In this document: positions 17,579 through 25,948 of the stretch, in pieces | How the letters are laid out: every line of letters begins with the position of its first letter | Position numbering within the stretch: the stretch's first letter is position 1 | Assembly: GCA_045655185.1 (NCBI GenBank) | Contig: JAZOOS010000034.1 | Coordinates: forward strand, 8,493-72,492 | Origin: Eubacteriales bacterium | GTDB lineage: Bacteria; Bacillota; Clostridia; Oscillospirales; CAG-272 | Length of the DNA: 64,000 nucleotides | Direction: 5' to 3' | Program-made: the position numbers and the translations under genes | The notes under the pieces: model-generated | The model's database searches: none | The model's input: only the letters and a program-made list of their open reading frames with translations | What the model was told of the DNA's origin: nothing

Positions 17579-19615
17579 ATGAGAATTGCTTTGGCCGGTA
17601 ACCCGAACAGTGGGAAAACCACGATGTATAACGCCTTAACCGGACAAAACGAGCACGTTGGAAACTGGGCGGGTGTCACGGTCGATAAAAACGAGCATCC
17701 CATAAAGCGTGGGTATGCAAACGGCAAGGAAGAAATGATCGCCGTTGATCTGCCCGGCGCTTATTCGATGTCACCCTTTACGGGGGAAGAAAGCATCACA
17801 AGCGATTATGTGCAGAACGAGCGCCCGGATGCGATCATCAACATTGTAGACGCCTCTAACCTTAGTCGAAGCCTCTTTTTTACAACCCAGCTTTTAGAGC
17901 TGGGGATCCCCGTCGTGATCGCCCTTAATAAGGTAGACGTAAACGAGAAAAAACGAAACACGATCGACGCCGCCTTGCTCAGTCAAAAGCTTTCATGTCC
18001 GGTTATCGAAACGGTTTCAGTCTCGGAAAGGGGGCTTTCCGAGTTGATGGAGGCAGTCCTTTCTGTTGTGGGAGGGGGGCAGACAGCGCCCTATAAGCAA
18101 GGGGGCGTTCGCCCTTCCGACAGAGCCGTGAGTGAGGCCGCCGATAAACGTCGGTATGCCTTTGTTAAAGGGATCGTCGAAGCCGTCGAAAAGAGAAGGA
18201 CCTTCACAAAAAACGAAGGGGTTGGCGATAAGATCGACGCCGTGCTTACCAACCGATGGCTGGGGCTGCCGATCTTTGCGGTCATTATGTTCCTTGTGTT
18301 TCAGATCTCGCAGGCCTGGCTCGGCGCTTGGATCGCCGATGGCGTGGTCTTTAACGAGGGGGGATCCAACGAGTTCTTTATTCCGGGGCTCGTAACGCTT
18401 ATTGAAGCGTTTGGCGCGCAGATCGCCGCGCTGATGGAAAACGCGGATCCGCTTCTTACCGCCCTGATCGTGGACGGGATCATCGGCGGCGTTGGCGCCG
18501 TGGTCGGCTTTTTGCCGCTTGTTATGGTCATGTATTTCCTTATCGCGCTGCTTGAAGACTGTGGCTACATGGCACGCGCCACTGTCGTTCTCGACCCCAT
18601 TTTCAAAAAGGTCGGTCTTTCGGGCAAATCGGTTATCCCCTTCGTGATCGGTACGGGCTGCGCCATTCCCGGCGTTATGGCCTGCCGCACCATCCGAAAC
18701 GAGCGTGAGCGCAGGGCCACCGCCATGCTTGCCCCTTTTATGCCCTGCGGCGCCAAGCTTCCTGTTATCGCGCTTTTTGCCGGCGCTTTCTTCGGGGAGG
18801 CAAGCTGGGTAGGAACCCTGATGTACTTTATGGGGATCTTTATCATCCTCGTCTCTGCGCTTCTTATCAACAAATTAACGGGAAACGGAAAAAGACGTTC
18901 CTATTTTATCATCGAGCTACCCGAATATAAGCTTCCAAGCCTATCGAAGGCCGCCCTTTCCATGTGTCGGCGCGGCTGGGCGTATATCGTAAAGGCGGGA
19001 ACCGTTATTCTGGTCTGCAACTTTGCGGTTCAGCTGATGCAAAGCTTTACTTGGCGATTACAGCCCGCGCCCGATGCAAGCGCTTCGATTTTGGCTACGA
19101 TCGCCACCCCCTTTGCCTACCTCTTCGCCCCTATCGTCGGGGTCGTTGCCTGGCAGCTGGCGGCCGCCGCGATCACCGGCTTTATCGCCAAGGAAAACGT
19201 TGTGGCAACGCTTGCCGTTTGCTTCGTGGGGCTTGAAAATCTGATCGATGCCGAGGAGTTTGCCCTTATGGAGGGGGCGGGTGCCGAGGTCGCGGGGGTT
19301 CTCGCCATTACGAAGGCGGCGGCTCTGGCGTATCTGATGTTTAATCTTTTTTCGCCGCCTTGCTTTGCGGCAATGGGGGCAATGAACGCTGAATTAAAAA
19401 GCAAAAAATGGCTCTTTGCGGGTATCGGACTTCAGCTTGCCGTCGGGTATACCGTCGGTTTCCTCGTGTTCTTCTTCGGAACGCTTGTAACGAGCGGCTC
19501 CTTCGGTGCTCTTTGGATGCCGATCGTCGGTTGGGCGATCGTTCTCGGCATTGCCGCCGTGATTGCGGCGCTTATTCTTAAAAAGAATGCGCAGCTCGCG
19601 CGTGAGGGTATATGA
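17579..19615 (+). CDS. feoB: ferrous iron transporter B
   Basis: N-terminal GTPase motif GNPNSGKTT, then a large polytopic domain. Confidence 0.95.
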   Translation: MRIALAGNPNSGKTTMYNALTGQNEHVGNWAGVTVDKNEHPIKRGYANGKEEMIAVDLPGAYSMSPFTGEESITSDYVQNERPDAIINIVDASNLSRSLFFTTQLLELGIPVVIALNKVDVNEKKRNTIDAALLSQKLSCPVIETVSVSERGLSELMEAVLSVVGGGQTAPYKQGGVRPSDRAVSEAADKRRYAFVKGIVEAVEKRRTFTKNEGVGDKIDAVLTNRWLGLPIFAVIMFLVFQISQAWLGAWIADGVVFNEGGSNEFFIPGLVTLIEAFGAQIAALMENADPLLTALIVDGIIGGVGAVVGFLPLVMVMYFLIALLEDCGYMARATVVLDPIFKKVGLSGKSVIPFVIGTGCAIPGVMACRTIRNERERRATAMLAPFMPCGAKLPVIALFAGAFFGEASWVGTLMYFMGIFIILVSALLINKLTGNGKRRSYFIIELPEYKLPSLSKAALSMCRRGWAYIVKAGTVILVCNFAVQLMQSFTWRLQPAPDASASILATIATPFAYLFAPIVGVVAWQLAAAAITGFIAKENVVATLAVCFVGLENLIDAEEFALMEGAGAEVAGVLAITKAAALAYLMFNLFSPPCFAAMGAMNAELKSKKWLFAGIGLQLAVGYTVGFLVFFFGTLVTSGSFGALWMPIVGWAIVLGIAAVIAALILKKNAQLAREGI

Positions 19616-19800
19616 TGGGGCTTGTTGATTATTTGGCTATCGCCGCGATCCTGCTTCTTGTCGGTGGGGCGCTCCTTTATATCGTTCTTGCCAAGAGGCG
19701 CGGGCAAAAGTGTATCGGCTGCCCGTACGCCAAGCAGTGTGCCGAAAAGGGGCAGGGCTGTCCCTGCCATGCCTTGGAGGAAGACGGAAAAAAGAAATAA
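19612..19800 (+). CDS. FeoB-associated Cys-rich membrane protein
   Basis: 62 aa: one TM segment followed by CIGCPYAKQCAEKGQGCPC. An ATGA overlap couples it to the feoB stop. Confidence 0.7.
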   Translation: MMGLVDYLAIAAILLLVGGALLYIVLAKRRGQKCIGCPYAKQCAEKGQGCPCHALEEDGKKK

Positions 19801-19802
19801 AA

Positions 19803-19833
19803 AAGAAAACCGCATTTGCGGTTTTCTTTTTTG
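19803..19833. terminator. bidirectional terminator between the feo operon and the alcohol dehydrogenase gene
   Basis: GAAAACCGCA-TT-TGCGGTTTTC flanked by A- and T-runs. Confidence 0.65.
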
Positions 19834-19846
19834 CGCTTTGCGCATA

Positions 19847-21001
19847 TCAGAAGATCTTTTCAAAAAGATCCATGACCTCTTGCTTTTTGGGGGTGCGGGG
19901 ATTGGTGGGGGTGCAACGGTCGTTGATCGCGGCCTCGGCCATATCCTCGATCTTATGCATATATTCATCCTTGGTCAGATTGGGGGCTGCCTCGCGGATA
20001 CAACGGGGGATCTGCATTTGGATACGCAGCTCGTCGATGTAGTTGATCAGCGTTTTTACCGAAGCGATATCGTTATAGCTGCCAACACCGATATAACGCG
20101 CAAGCTTTGCGTATTTATGTACGCAAGGGGAGGGGTTAACGAGCGACATCGTATGGCTCTCGATCCCCGTGTTATAGCTGATGACCGTCGGAAGCAGAAT
20201 GGCGTTTGCCTTTCCGTGGGGGATATGGAACTGGGCGCCCAGCTGATGAGCCATGCCGTGGTTAAGCCCAAGAGATGCGGCGTTAAAGGCCATGCCCGCA
20301 AGGTTTGAGGCGAAGTGCATCTTTTCACGCGGAAGCGTTTCACGCGTCATCTCGTAATTGTACGAGCGATAGAGGTAATCCTTACAGACCTGAGCCGCCT
20401 TTTTGGAATAAACGTCCGAGAAGGCGGTGGCGTTGGTGCTGACGTAAGCCTCGATCGCGTGGGTGAAAACGTCCATGCCCGTATCGGCGGTGATCGAAGC
20501 GGGTACGCTTTTTACCATCTCTACGTCAAGGATCGCCTCCTCGGGCAGAAGCTTTTGATCAATGATCGCGTGCTTGATATTCTTTTCGGCGTCGGTAATG
20601 ACCGCGAAGGAGGTAACCTCGCTTCCCGTTCCGCTCGTGGTGGGAATGGCAATAAAATAGGGGAAGTAATCGGGCACCATCTTCGAAGCGAACTGGCGTA
20701 CGCATTTGGCAAGATCAATGGCAGAACCGCCGCCTACGGTAATAATACAGGGCTCTTTATTTTTGAGAAGGGCGGTAACGCCCGCACCGACGGCTTCGAC
20801 CGTCGGATCGGGGGAAACCTCGGAATATAGGGTATAAGCGATCTCGGCTTTATCCAAATGCTTCGTTACGTGCTTGATCAGCCCGCTTGTGACTACGAAG
20901 GGATCGACGATGATAAAGACCTGCTTGTGTTCAAGTGAAGCAAGGCGAGAAAGCGCGTCTGCGCCGAAATGGATCGAAGTATGAAGATTAAAGCTTTGCA
21001 T
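19847..21001 (-). CDS. iron-containing (group III) alcohol dehydrogenase
   Basis: 384 aa with GGGSAIDLAK and the histidine-rich metal-site region HGMAHQLGAQFHIPHG. Confidence 0.85.
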   Translation of the reverse strand: MQSFNLHTSIHFGADALSRLASLEHKQVFIIVDPFVVTSGLIKHVTKHLDKAEIAYTLYSEVSPDPTVEAVGAGVTALLKNKEPCIITVGGGSAIDLAKCVRQFASKMVPDYFPYFIAIPTTSGTGSEVTSFAVITDAEKNIKHAIIDQKLLPEEAILDVEMVKSVPASITADTGMDVFTHAIEAYVSTNATAFSDVYSKKAAQVCKDYLYRSYNYEMTRETLPREKMHFASNLAGMAFNAASLGLNHGMAHQLGAQFHIPHGKANAILLPTVISYNTGIESHTMSLVNPSPCVHKYAKLARYIGVGSYNDIASVKTLINYIDELRIQMQIPRCIREAAPNLTKDEYMHKIEDMAEAAINDRCTPTNPRTPKKQEVMDLFEKIF

Positions 21002-21139
21002 AGACCCTTCCTTATTTCAAAAATTCGGGAAATATTATTTTATTATAAAGTATACAGGATTTTTATGTTTTAGTCAAGAGAAGAAAAGAGATTTTTAAAA
21101 GGAAAAACGTTTCTATTTGCCTTTTTGTGGCGTGGTTTC

Positions 21140-21282
21140 GTTTCGGTTCGCTTCGTTTTGGGGGAGAAAGGCGCAGATACCGCCGTTGGCGGTATGCGAA
21201 CGTGCATCTTGATGCATTCGCATCAAGACACGTTCTTCGGAAGGGTAGACCAAAAGCAAAAGCACCCCAAGCGGGGTGCTTT
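21140..21282. repeat. 143-bp direct repeat, copy 1 (tRNA-Arg trailer element)
   Basis: Differs from 21351-21493 at 3 positions by hand alignment. Contains three hairpins. Confidence 0.85.
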
Positions 21283-21350
21283 ACGGAACGGCAGAAGGCC
21301 GACACGATATGCGCATAAGCGGCTTTTTCTTTGCGAGTGCAAAGGTATTT

Positions 21351-21493
21351 GTTTCGGTTCGCTTCGCTTTGGAGGAGAAAGGCGCAGATACCGCCGTTGG
21401 CGGTATGCGAACGCGCATCTTGATGCATTCGCATCAAGACACGTTCTTCGGAAGGGTAGACCAAAAGCAAAAGCACCCCAAGCGGGGTGCTTT
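21351..21493. repeat. 143-bp direct repeat, copy 2, directly downstream of tRNA-Arg
   Basis: Offset from copy 1 is exactly 211 bp. Ends in the 19-bp perfect stem CCAAAAGCAAAAGCACCCC-AAGC-GGGGTGCTTTTGCTTTTGG. Confidence 0.85.
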
Positions 21494-21499
21494 TGCTTT

Positions 21500-21576
21500 T
21501 GGCCTGCCCGACACGATTCGAACGTGCGGCCTCAAGAGTCGGAGTCTTGCGCTCTATCCAGCTGGGCTACGGGCAG
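21500..21576 (-). tRNA. tRNA-Arg (anticodon CCG), CCA encoded
   Basis: Manual cloverleaf. Acceptor CTGCCCG/CGGGCAG, anticodon arm CAAGA-CUCCGAC-TCTTG, T arm GCACG-TTCGAAT-CGTGT, discriminator G, then CCA. Total 77 nt. Confidence 0.85.
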
Positions 21577-21605
21577 ATATGGCTTACTTATTCGCAAGCC
21601 TTATT

Positions 21606-21634
21606 ATTGTAGCATATTCTTTTTAAAAAGGCAA
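21606..21634 (-). promoter_or_regulatory. candidate promoter for tRNA-Arg
   Basis: Minus strand reads TTGCCT, 17-nt spacer, TACAAT, about 30 nt upstream of the tRNA. Confidence 0.4.
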
Positions 21635-21660
21635 CCGTTTTTTGATTTTTTTCAAAAAGC

Positions 21661-22488
21661 TTATTCCTTTTCTTCATAGCGCGCTAAATTCCGTAGGATC
21701 GTGTTGCGTCCGCGCCAGGCAAAGGCGCGCTCTTGAAATTCGTCCTTCTTCATATTCTCAACGAGGTCATAGGTCAAATGCGGAATACGTTCTTTACGGA
21801 AAAAGGGAATCGGGGAAAGGCGGCCCTCTTCAATCACCCGTTTGTTATACGGGCAGGCAAGCTGGCAAAGATCACAGCCCCAAACCGTTTTATGCTTTTT
21901 CATCAAAAGAAAGACCTCGTTAGGCAGCTCTCCCTTTTGCTGGGTAAGGGCAGAAAGACATTCCCCCTCACCCGAAAGAGCGCCCGTGGGACACGCCCTT
22001 TTGCAAGCACCGCAATGCAAGCAACCCTTAGGCTCTTGTAAAGAAGGAAGATCGATAGGCTCCAAATCGGTAAAGATCTCCCCCAAAAAGAGGAAAGAGC
22101 CGTATTTTTCGTTAATAAGAAGCCCGCTGTCGCCTACGATCCCAATACCGCAACGCGCGGCGGCGTCCCGCTCGTCGATCGGGGAATGATCCGAAAAGCC
22201 CAAAAAACGGTTTTGGGGGTAGTACGCTTGTAAATAAGCGGTAAGCCTTTCCGAAATCCCCCGCATATATACATGATAATCGCGGGCGGCGGCGTAGCGC
22301 GAAAGATTTTCGGTTTCCCCCGCGTAATAGGGGGCGGCGTAAAGGATCACGGTCTTTGGCTGAAAAGCGGGAAGTCTATCAAAAAGATCCTCCCGAAATA
22401 CACGGCACGCGTGAAGAGGCAGAACACCGAAATATTCAATTTTTTCTTCTTCAAAAAAGGGGGTAAGCCGTTCGATCTTCATAAGCAA
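21661..22488 (-). CDS. QueG-like epoxyqueuosine reductase family 4Fe-4S protein
   Basis: 275 aa with an AAARDYHVYMRGISERL block plus CLHCGACKRACP and CDLCQLACP cluster motifs. Shorter than classical QueG. Confidence 0.6.
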   Translation of the reverse strand: MLMKIERLTPFFEEEKIEYFGVLPLHACRVFREDLFDRLPAFQPKTVILYAAPYYAGETENLSRYAAARDYHVYMRGISERLTAYLQAYYPQNRFLGFSDHSPIDERDAAARCGIGIVGDSGLLINEKYGSFLFLGEIFTDLEPIDLPSLQEPKGCLHCGACKRACPTGALSGEGECLSALTQQKGELPNEVFLLMKKHKTVWGCDLCQLACPYNKRVIEEGRLSPIPFFRKERIPHLTYDLVENMKKDEFQERAFAWRGRNTILRNLARYEEKE

Positions 22489-22594
22489 ATTCTCCTAATG
22501 AAAGTATAACAAAGGAAGCACAAAAAAGCAACCCCCTTTCGGGGCTTCTTCCCCTCGCTTTTTGAAAACTATTTTTCCTTTTTTCTTTCCTCTC

Positions 22595-22623
22595 TTGACA
22601 TTTTCTTATCTTTTTGCTATAAT
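22595..22623 (+). promoter_or_regulatory. consensus sigma-A promoter for tRNA-Pro
   Basis: TTGACA, 17-nt spacer, TATAAT, about 40 nt upstream of the tRNA. Confidence 0.6.
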
Positions 22624-22662
22624 GCAAAGCGCGGCAAGGGAATGCCTGCCGTTCATATAGAA

Positions 22663-22738
22663 CGGGGTGTGGCGCAGTTGGTAGCGCGGGTGGTTTGGGA
22701 CCATCAGGCCGCAGGTTCGAACCCTGTCACTCCGACCA
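22663..22738 (+). tRNA. tRNA-Pro (anticodon UGG), CCA encoded
   Basis: Manual cloverleaf. Acceptor CGGGGTG/CACTCCG, anticodon loop TTTGGGA, T arm GCAGG-TTCGAAC-CCTGT, discriminator A, then CCA. Total 76 nt. Confidence 0.9.
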
Positions 22739-22919
22739 AAAAAAGCAAGAGAGAGGCTCGTCTTCTCTCTTGCTTTTTTGATGGATGTGTCAATTCGAAG
22801 CTGTTTTGCGAAGCAAAATGCAGGTTCGCATTCCCCGCTTGGAGATCGGCAAGCTCTCTTGTCAGGCGAAGAGCGTGGGAATCACGTAGCGCAGCGAAGT
22901 TACCCTGTCACTCCGACCA
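22693..22919 (+). repeat. direct repeat DR1 (tRNA-Pro 3' half plus 181-bp trailer ending in a second copy of the tRNA 3' end)
   Basis: Matches 24469-24694. From CCGCAGG onward there are 4 substitutions and 1 indel by hand alignment. The 17-mer CCCTGTCACTCCGACCA occurs at 22722-22738 and again at 22903-22919. Confidence 0.9.
22743..22780 (+). terminator. rho-independent terminator after tRNA-Pro
   Basis: 12-bp stem AAGCAAGAGAGA / TCTCTCTTGCTT followed by TTTTTG. Confidence 0.65.
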
Positions 22920-22920
22920 G

Positions 22921-22960
22921 AAAAAGACCTATGCTTTGATACAAAGCATAGGTCTTTTTC
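22921..22960. terminator. 18-bp perfect hairpin (bidirectional terminator-like)
   Basis: AAAAAGACCTATGCTTTG-ATAC-CAAAGCATAGGTCTTTTT. Confidence 0.55.
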
Positions 22961-23111
22961 AACGGAATAAATCCCTTGCGAGATTTGTGAATGGCTCTTC
23001 ATGTGTGAAATATGGCTACACCATGTGAAAGGCCTGTGGGTGTTGATGGCTCACGGAACTTCACTTTGTGCGAAAGTGCAAAATTTCACGATTTATACCC
23101 ATTATCTTTAT

Positions 23112-24386
23112 TTACATGGGTTCCTTTTTCTTCTTATTTGATTCTTTGAAAAATCTGGCGAACAACGGGATGCCACACAGCGGGAAGAGCATGGCAATGA
23201 GAAGACCGAGCTTCATTCCGAAACGGTCGGGAGCCAGATTGAGCGTCTGTGCAAGGTCTATAAACGTGGGATTAGTAAGTGCGATGTCGGTGATGATGCC
23301 CACAAGCTGAGGCACGACCGACGCACCGAGGTCACCGCCGGCCGCCATGATAGCATAGATGAAGACTCCGCCCTTAGGGAAGCGTTCGGGCGCAACTATG
23401 AGCATACCCGGCCAGAGCATCGAAGCGCAGAAGCCGCAAAGCGCGCAGGCGATAAGCCCAATGACGGCGAAAGGCGAAATTGCCGCAACAAAGTAGCAGA
23501 CCGCCGAGCCTATTGCGCCGAGAAGCAGTACGCGGCTGATGTTCTTGCCGAACTTAGCGTATCCGCTGCGTCCGAGTCCAAGCATGGCAGAAAACAGTGC
23601 AACTCCGAAGATATCACCGAACACCTTGGGAATGCCGAGCGCCAGTTCAAGGTAGCTCGATGCCCACTGACCCATTGTACATTCGGCGGCACCACTGATA
23701 AATATAGCCGCAAAGCATACCCACAAGATGGGATTTTTGAGATACTGCATAGCTCCGCTAGCCTTTTCGGGTGTTTGCATCTCGGGAATTTCCGCACCTG
23801 CGTAGAGTATAGCGGAAGTCAGCGGAACGAGCGTAAATATTGCGGCGAGCCACTGCCAGTTTTTATGGCCGAAAACAAGCAAGAAGACTGTGGAGACGAT
23901 GACCACACCGACGACGCCCCAAGCGTACATTGAGTGGAGCTTGCTCATTTCATGCTCGGGATCTTTTGCTGGGATAGCGGCGATAACAGGGCTTATCAGC
24001 ACCTCAGCAAGTCCGCTTGATGCCGAGATAATAATAGTCGCGATGACGATTCCAAGATAGACCATACTCGGGAAGATGAATGGCGAGAGCGCATAGATCA
24101 CCATTCCAACGACAGCGATGACCGGAATGAGCTTGACTGTAAGCGGAATATTGAAGCGGTGAGAGAAGAATGAAAAGATGAGGTCGATGGTGAGCTGTGT
24201 CGAGAAATTGATTAAAACAAGCAGACCAAGCAGAGAGAAAGATATGTCGTAAAGGTCTCGGAATGTGAGAAAAAGAAGCGGCGTAAAGTTTGAAACGATC
24301 GACATTGTCATACTCGTCGTATAGCAGGCGTATTTGACGCACGTATATTTTTTGTCCATTGTGTGCTGCCTTTCATTATGTGTCAA
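23112..24386 (-). CDS. MFS transporter
   Basis: 424 aa with about 12 hydrophobic segments. An alternative ATG at 24359 has an AAAGG RBS. GC is lower than the flanks by eye. Confidence 0.8.
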   Translation of the reverse strand: MTHNERQHTMDKKYTCVKYACYTTSMTMSIVSNFTPLLFLTFRDLYDISFSLLGLLVLINFSTQLTIDLIFSFFSHRFNIPLTVKLIPVIAVVGMVIYALSPFIFPSMVYLGIVIATIIISASSGLAEVLISPVIAAIPAKDPEHEMSKLHSMYAWGVVGVVIVSTVFLLVFGHKNWQWLAAIFTLVPLTSAILYAGAEIPEMQTPEKASGAMQYLKNPILWVCFAAIFISGAAECTMGQWASSYLELALGIPKVFGDIFGVALFSAMLGLGRSGYAKFGKNISRVLLLGAIGSAVCYFVAAISPFAVIGLIACALCGFCASMLWPGMLIVAPERFPKGGVFIYAIMAAGGDLGASVVPQLVGIITDIALTNPTFIDLAQTLNLAPDRFGMKLGLLIAMLFPLCGIPLFARFFKESNKKKKEPM

Positions 24387-24468
24387 TACAGATTATACCG
24401 CTTCGTGGCAGATAATTCAAGATGTTATTTGCAAAAGTACGGAAAATGAAGTAAAAAAATGCTTTTGC

Positions 24469-24514
24469 GTTTGGGACGTCGATGCCGCAGGTTCGAACCC
24501 TGTCACTCCGACCA
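24469..24514 (+). pseudogene. partial tRNA-Pro (anticodon loop to CCA), displaced 3' half
   Basis: GTTTGGGAC..CCGCAGGTTCGAACCCTGTCACTCCGACCA. Identical to the tRNA from CCGCAGG to CCA and diverged in the anticodon-stem and variable region. No 5' half is present. Confidence 0.75.
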
Positions 24515-24694
24515 AAAAAGCAAGAGAGAGGTTCGTCTTCTCTCTTGCTTTTTTGATGGATGTGTCAATTCGAAGCTGTTTTGCGAAGCAAAATGCAGGT
24601 TCGCATTCCCCGCTCGGAGATCGACAAGCTCTCTTGTCAGGCGAAGAGCGTGGGAATCACGTAGCACAGCGAAGTTACCCTGTCACTCCGACCA
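24469..24694 (+). repeat. direct repeat DR2
   Basis: Second copy of DR1. The 17-mer CCCTGTCACTCCGACCA occurs at 24498-24514 and 24678-24694. Confidence 0.9.
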
Positions 24695-24725
24695 AATTTG
24701 GCTTTGGGAAGCAATTCCCGAAGCC

Positions 24726-24790
24726 TTTTTCTTTGCTTACTGCGACGCAAATTTTGAGGGCTGACGGTTTGTTTTCGTCAGCCCCTTTGG
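24726..24790 (+). repeat. module-boundary motif M1 (35-nt conserved box plus GC hairpin)
   Basis: TTTTTCTTTGCTTACTGCGACGCAAATTTTGAGGG, then the hairpin GAGGGCTGACG...CGTCAGCCCC. Confidence 0.7.
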
Positions 24791-24827
24791 GTATTCATTT
24801 CTACTCGATAAATTGGAATTTGTTTTA

Positions 24828-25091
24828 TTAAAGGATTTTGGCTTTGCTTGGCTTGTCGGAACAATAAAGAACTGTCAGATTGCTTCCAACAGCAGGGACT
24901 TCTTTACCTGCTCCAATCCATTTTCTCTTAGCGTAGATTTTTCCATCTACAACATATTGCACTTTAATGATATGTGGAAAGGTTGCTCGGTCCAAAGCAC
25001 CCATTCGTACAGGTTTGGTATTCACCTTTAACCACCATTGCTTTGCAACGGATAGTACAGTTCCCATTGTTTCTTTATCCATACATTTCAC
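24828..25091 (-). CDS. hypothetical protein
   Basis: 87-aa ORF with no recognised motif. Lower GC by eye. Confidence 0.4.
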   Translation of the reverse strand: MKCMDKETMGTVLSVAKQWWLKVNTKPVRMGALDRATFPHIIKVQYVVDGKIYAKRKWIGAGKEVPAVGSNLTVLYCSDKPSKAKIL

Positions 25092-25319
25092 CCCTTCGTC
25101 AAATTCTTATTCATCGGTGAGTTTATTATATCATATTTTTATGAATAATTCAATCGTTTGCTTGACATTCACCCGTATTTATGGTATAATAATCACGTCG
25201 AATATTCGTCACCGGAGGCTGTGTACCGTAGTACCGTAATGCCGGATTAGGTGTCCAAGTGAGCTTGGGTTATTGCATTCGCAAGACCTTAGCTCTATTT
25301 TTATTTTCGGAGGTGTTTT

Positions 25320-25874
25320 ATGAAAAATATGAAGGTTACTCTTGTTCCGCTTACGGCAGACGACCGTGAGCAATTTATCCTTGACAATCAATGGGCGTTC
25401 AAGTACGGTGCGATGATGGAGTTCGGTGAGCGTGATGACCATATCGACGATGACGGTGAGATCATCTCTCGCACAACTATTGAAAAATCCATCGACAATC
25501 CCAAAAGCAAAACCTACCGCATTATGCTTGAAGGTGAGAAGGTCGGCGGTTTGATACTTACGATTGACAACGAAACGCATCATAATCACTTGGATATTCT
25601 CTTTGTACTGCCAGAAGCACACAGTAAAGGCATTGGCTACGGCGCATGGCAGGAGGTCGAGGCTCTGCATCCCGAAACCAAGGTATGGGAGACCTGCACT
25701 CCCTATTTTGAAAAGCGCAATATCCATTTTTACGTAAACAAGTGCGGCTTTCAAATCGACCAATTTTGGTGTGAATATTTCCAGCCGGATCATCCGATGC
25801 CCGATGAAGACGAGCGTGATCCCGATGAAGGCCCTGACGAAATGTTCCGTTTTATCAAGGTGATGAAGCCGTAA
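25320..25874 (+). CDS. GNAT family N-acetyltransferase
   Basis: 184 aa with a GNAT-like motif A region (VLPEAHSKGIGYGAW) and an acidic C-terminal region. A GGAGG sits upstream. Confidence 0.8.
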   Translation: MKNMKVTLVPLTADDREQFILDNQWAFKYGAMMEFGERDDHIDDDGEIISRTTIEKSIDNPKSKTYRIMLEGEKVGGLILTIDNETHHNHLDILFVLPEAHSKGIGYGAWQEVEALHPETKVWETCTPYFEKRNIHFYVNKCGFQIDQFWCEYFQPDHPMPDEDERDPDEGPDEMFRFIKVMKP

Positions 25875-25880
25875 AGCTGT

Positions 25881-25941
25881 TTTCTTTGTTTCCACCGACG
25901 CAATTTTTGAGGGGTGACAGATTGTTTTCGGTCCCCCCTCT
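25881..25941 (+). repeat. module-boundary motif M2
   Basis: GTTTTCTTTGTTTCCACCGACGCAATTTTTGAGGG matches M1 at 29 of 35 positions by hand, followed by an imperfect GC hairpin. Lies between the convergent GNAT and LysR genes. Confidence 0.65.
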
Positions 25942-25948
25942 GTGCATA

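Noticed and set aside
21140-21493. Possible CRISPR array
   Set aside because: There are only two 143-bp copies separated by 68 bp. The units are far longer than CRISPR repeats, there is no regular repeat-spacer periodicity, and no cas genes are present in the window.
21063-21679. Several 60-185-aa ORFs across the tRNA-Arg repeat region
   Set aside because: They run through a tRNA gene and non-coding hairpin repeats, have no RBS, and are duplicated only because the DNA repeat is duplicated.
22642-23028. ORFs 22642-23028 and 24334-24831, and a ~50-aa ATG ORF (MDVSIRSCFAKQN...) inside each DR trailer
   Set aside because: They span tRNA-Pro or its partial copy. No Shine-Dalgarno sequence precedes the ATG, which directly follows a terminator T-run. 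Their conservation is explained by the DNA repeat itself.
24828-25874. GNAT toxin / small antitoxin (TacT-AtaT type) pair
   Set aside because: The 87-aa ORF is on the opposite strand and about 230 bp away, not an upstream co-directional RHH/DUF1778 partner. The GNAT has an acidic tail and looks like an ordinary acetyltransferase.
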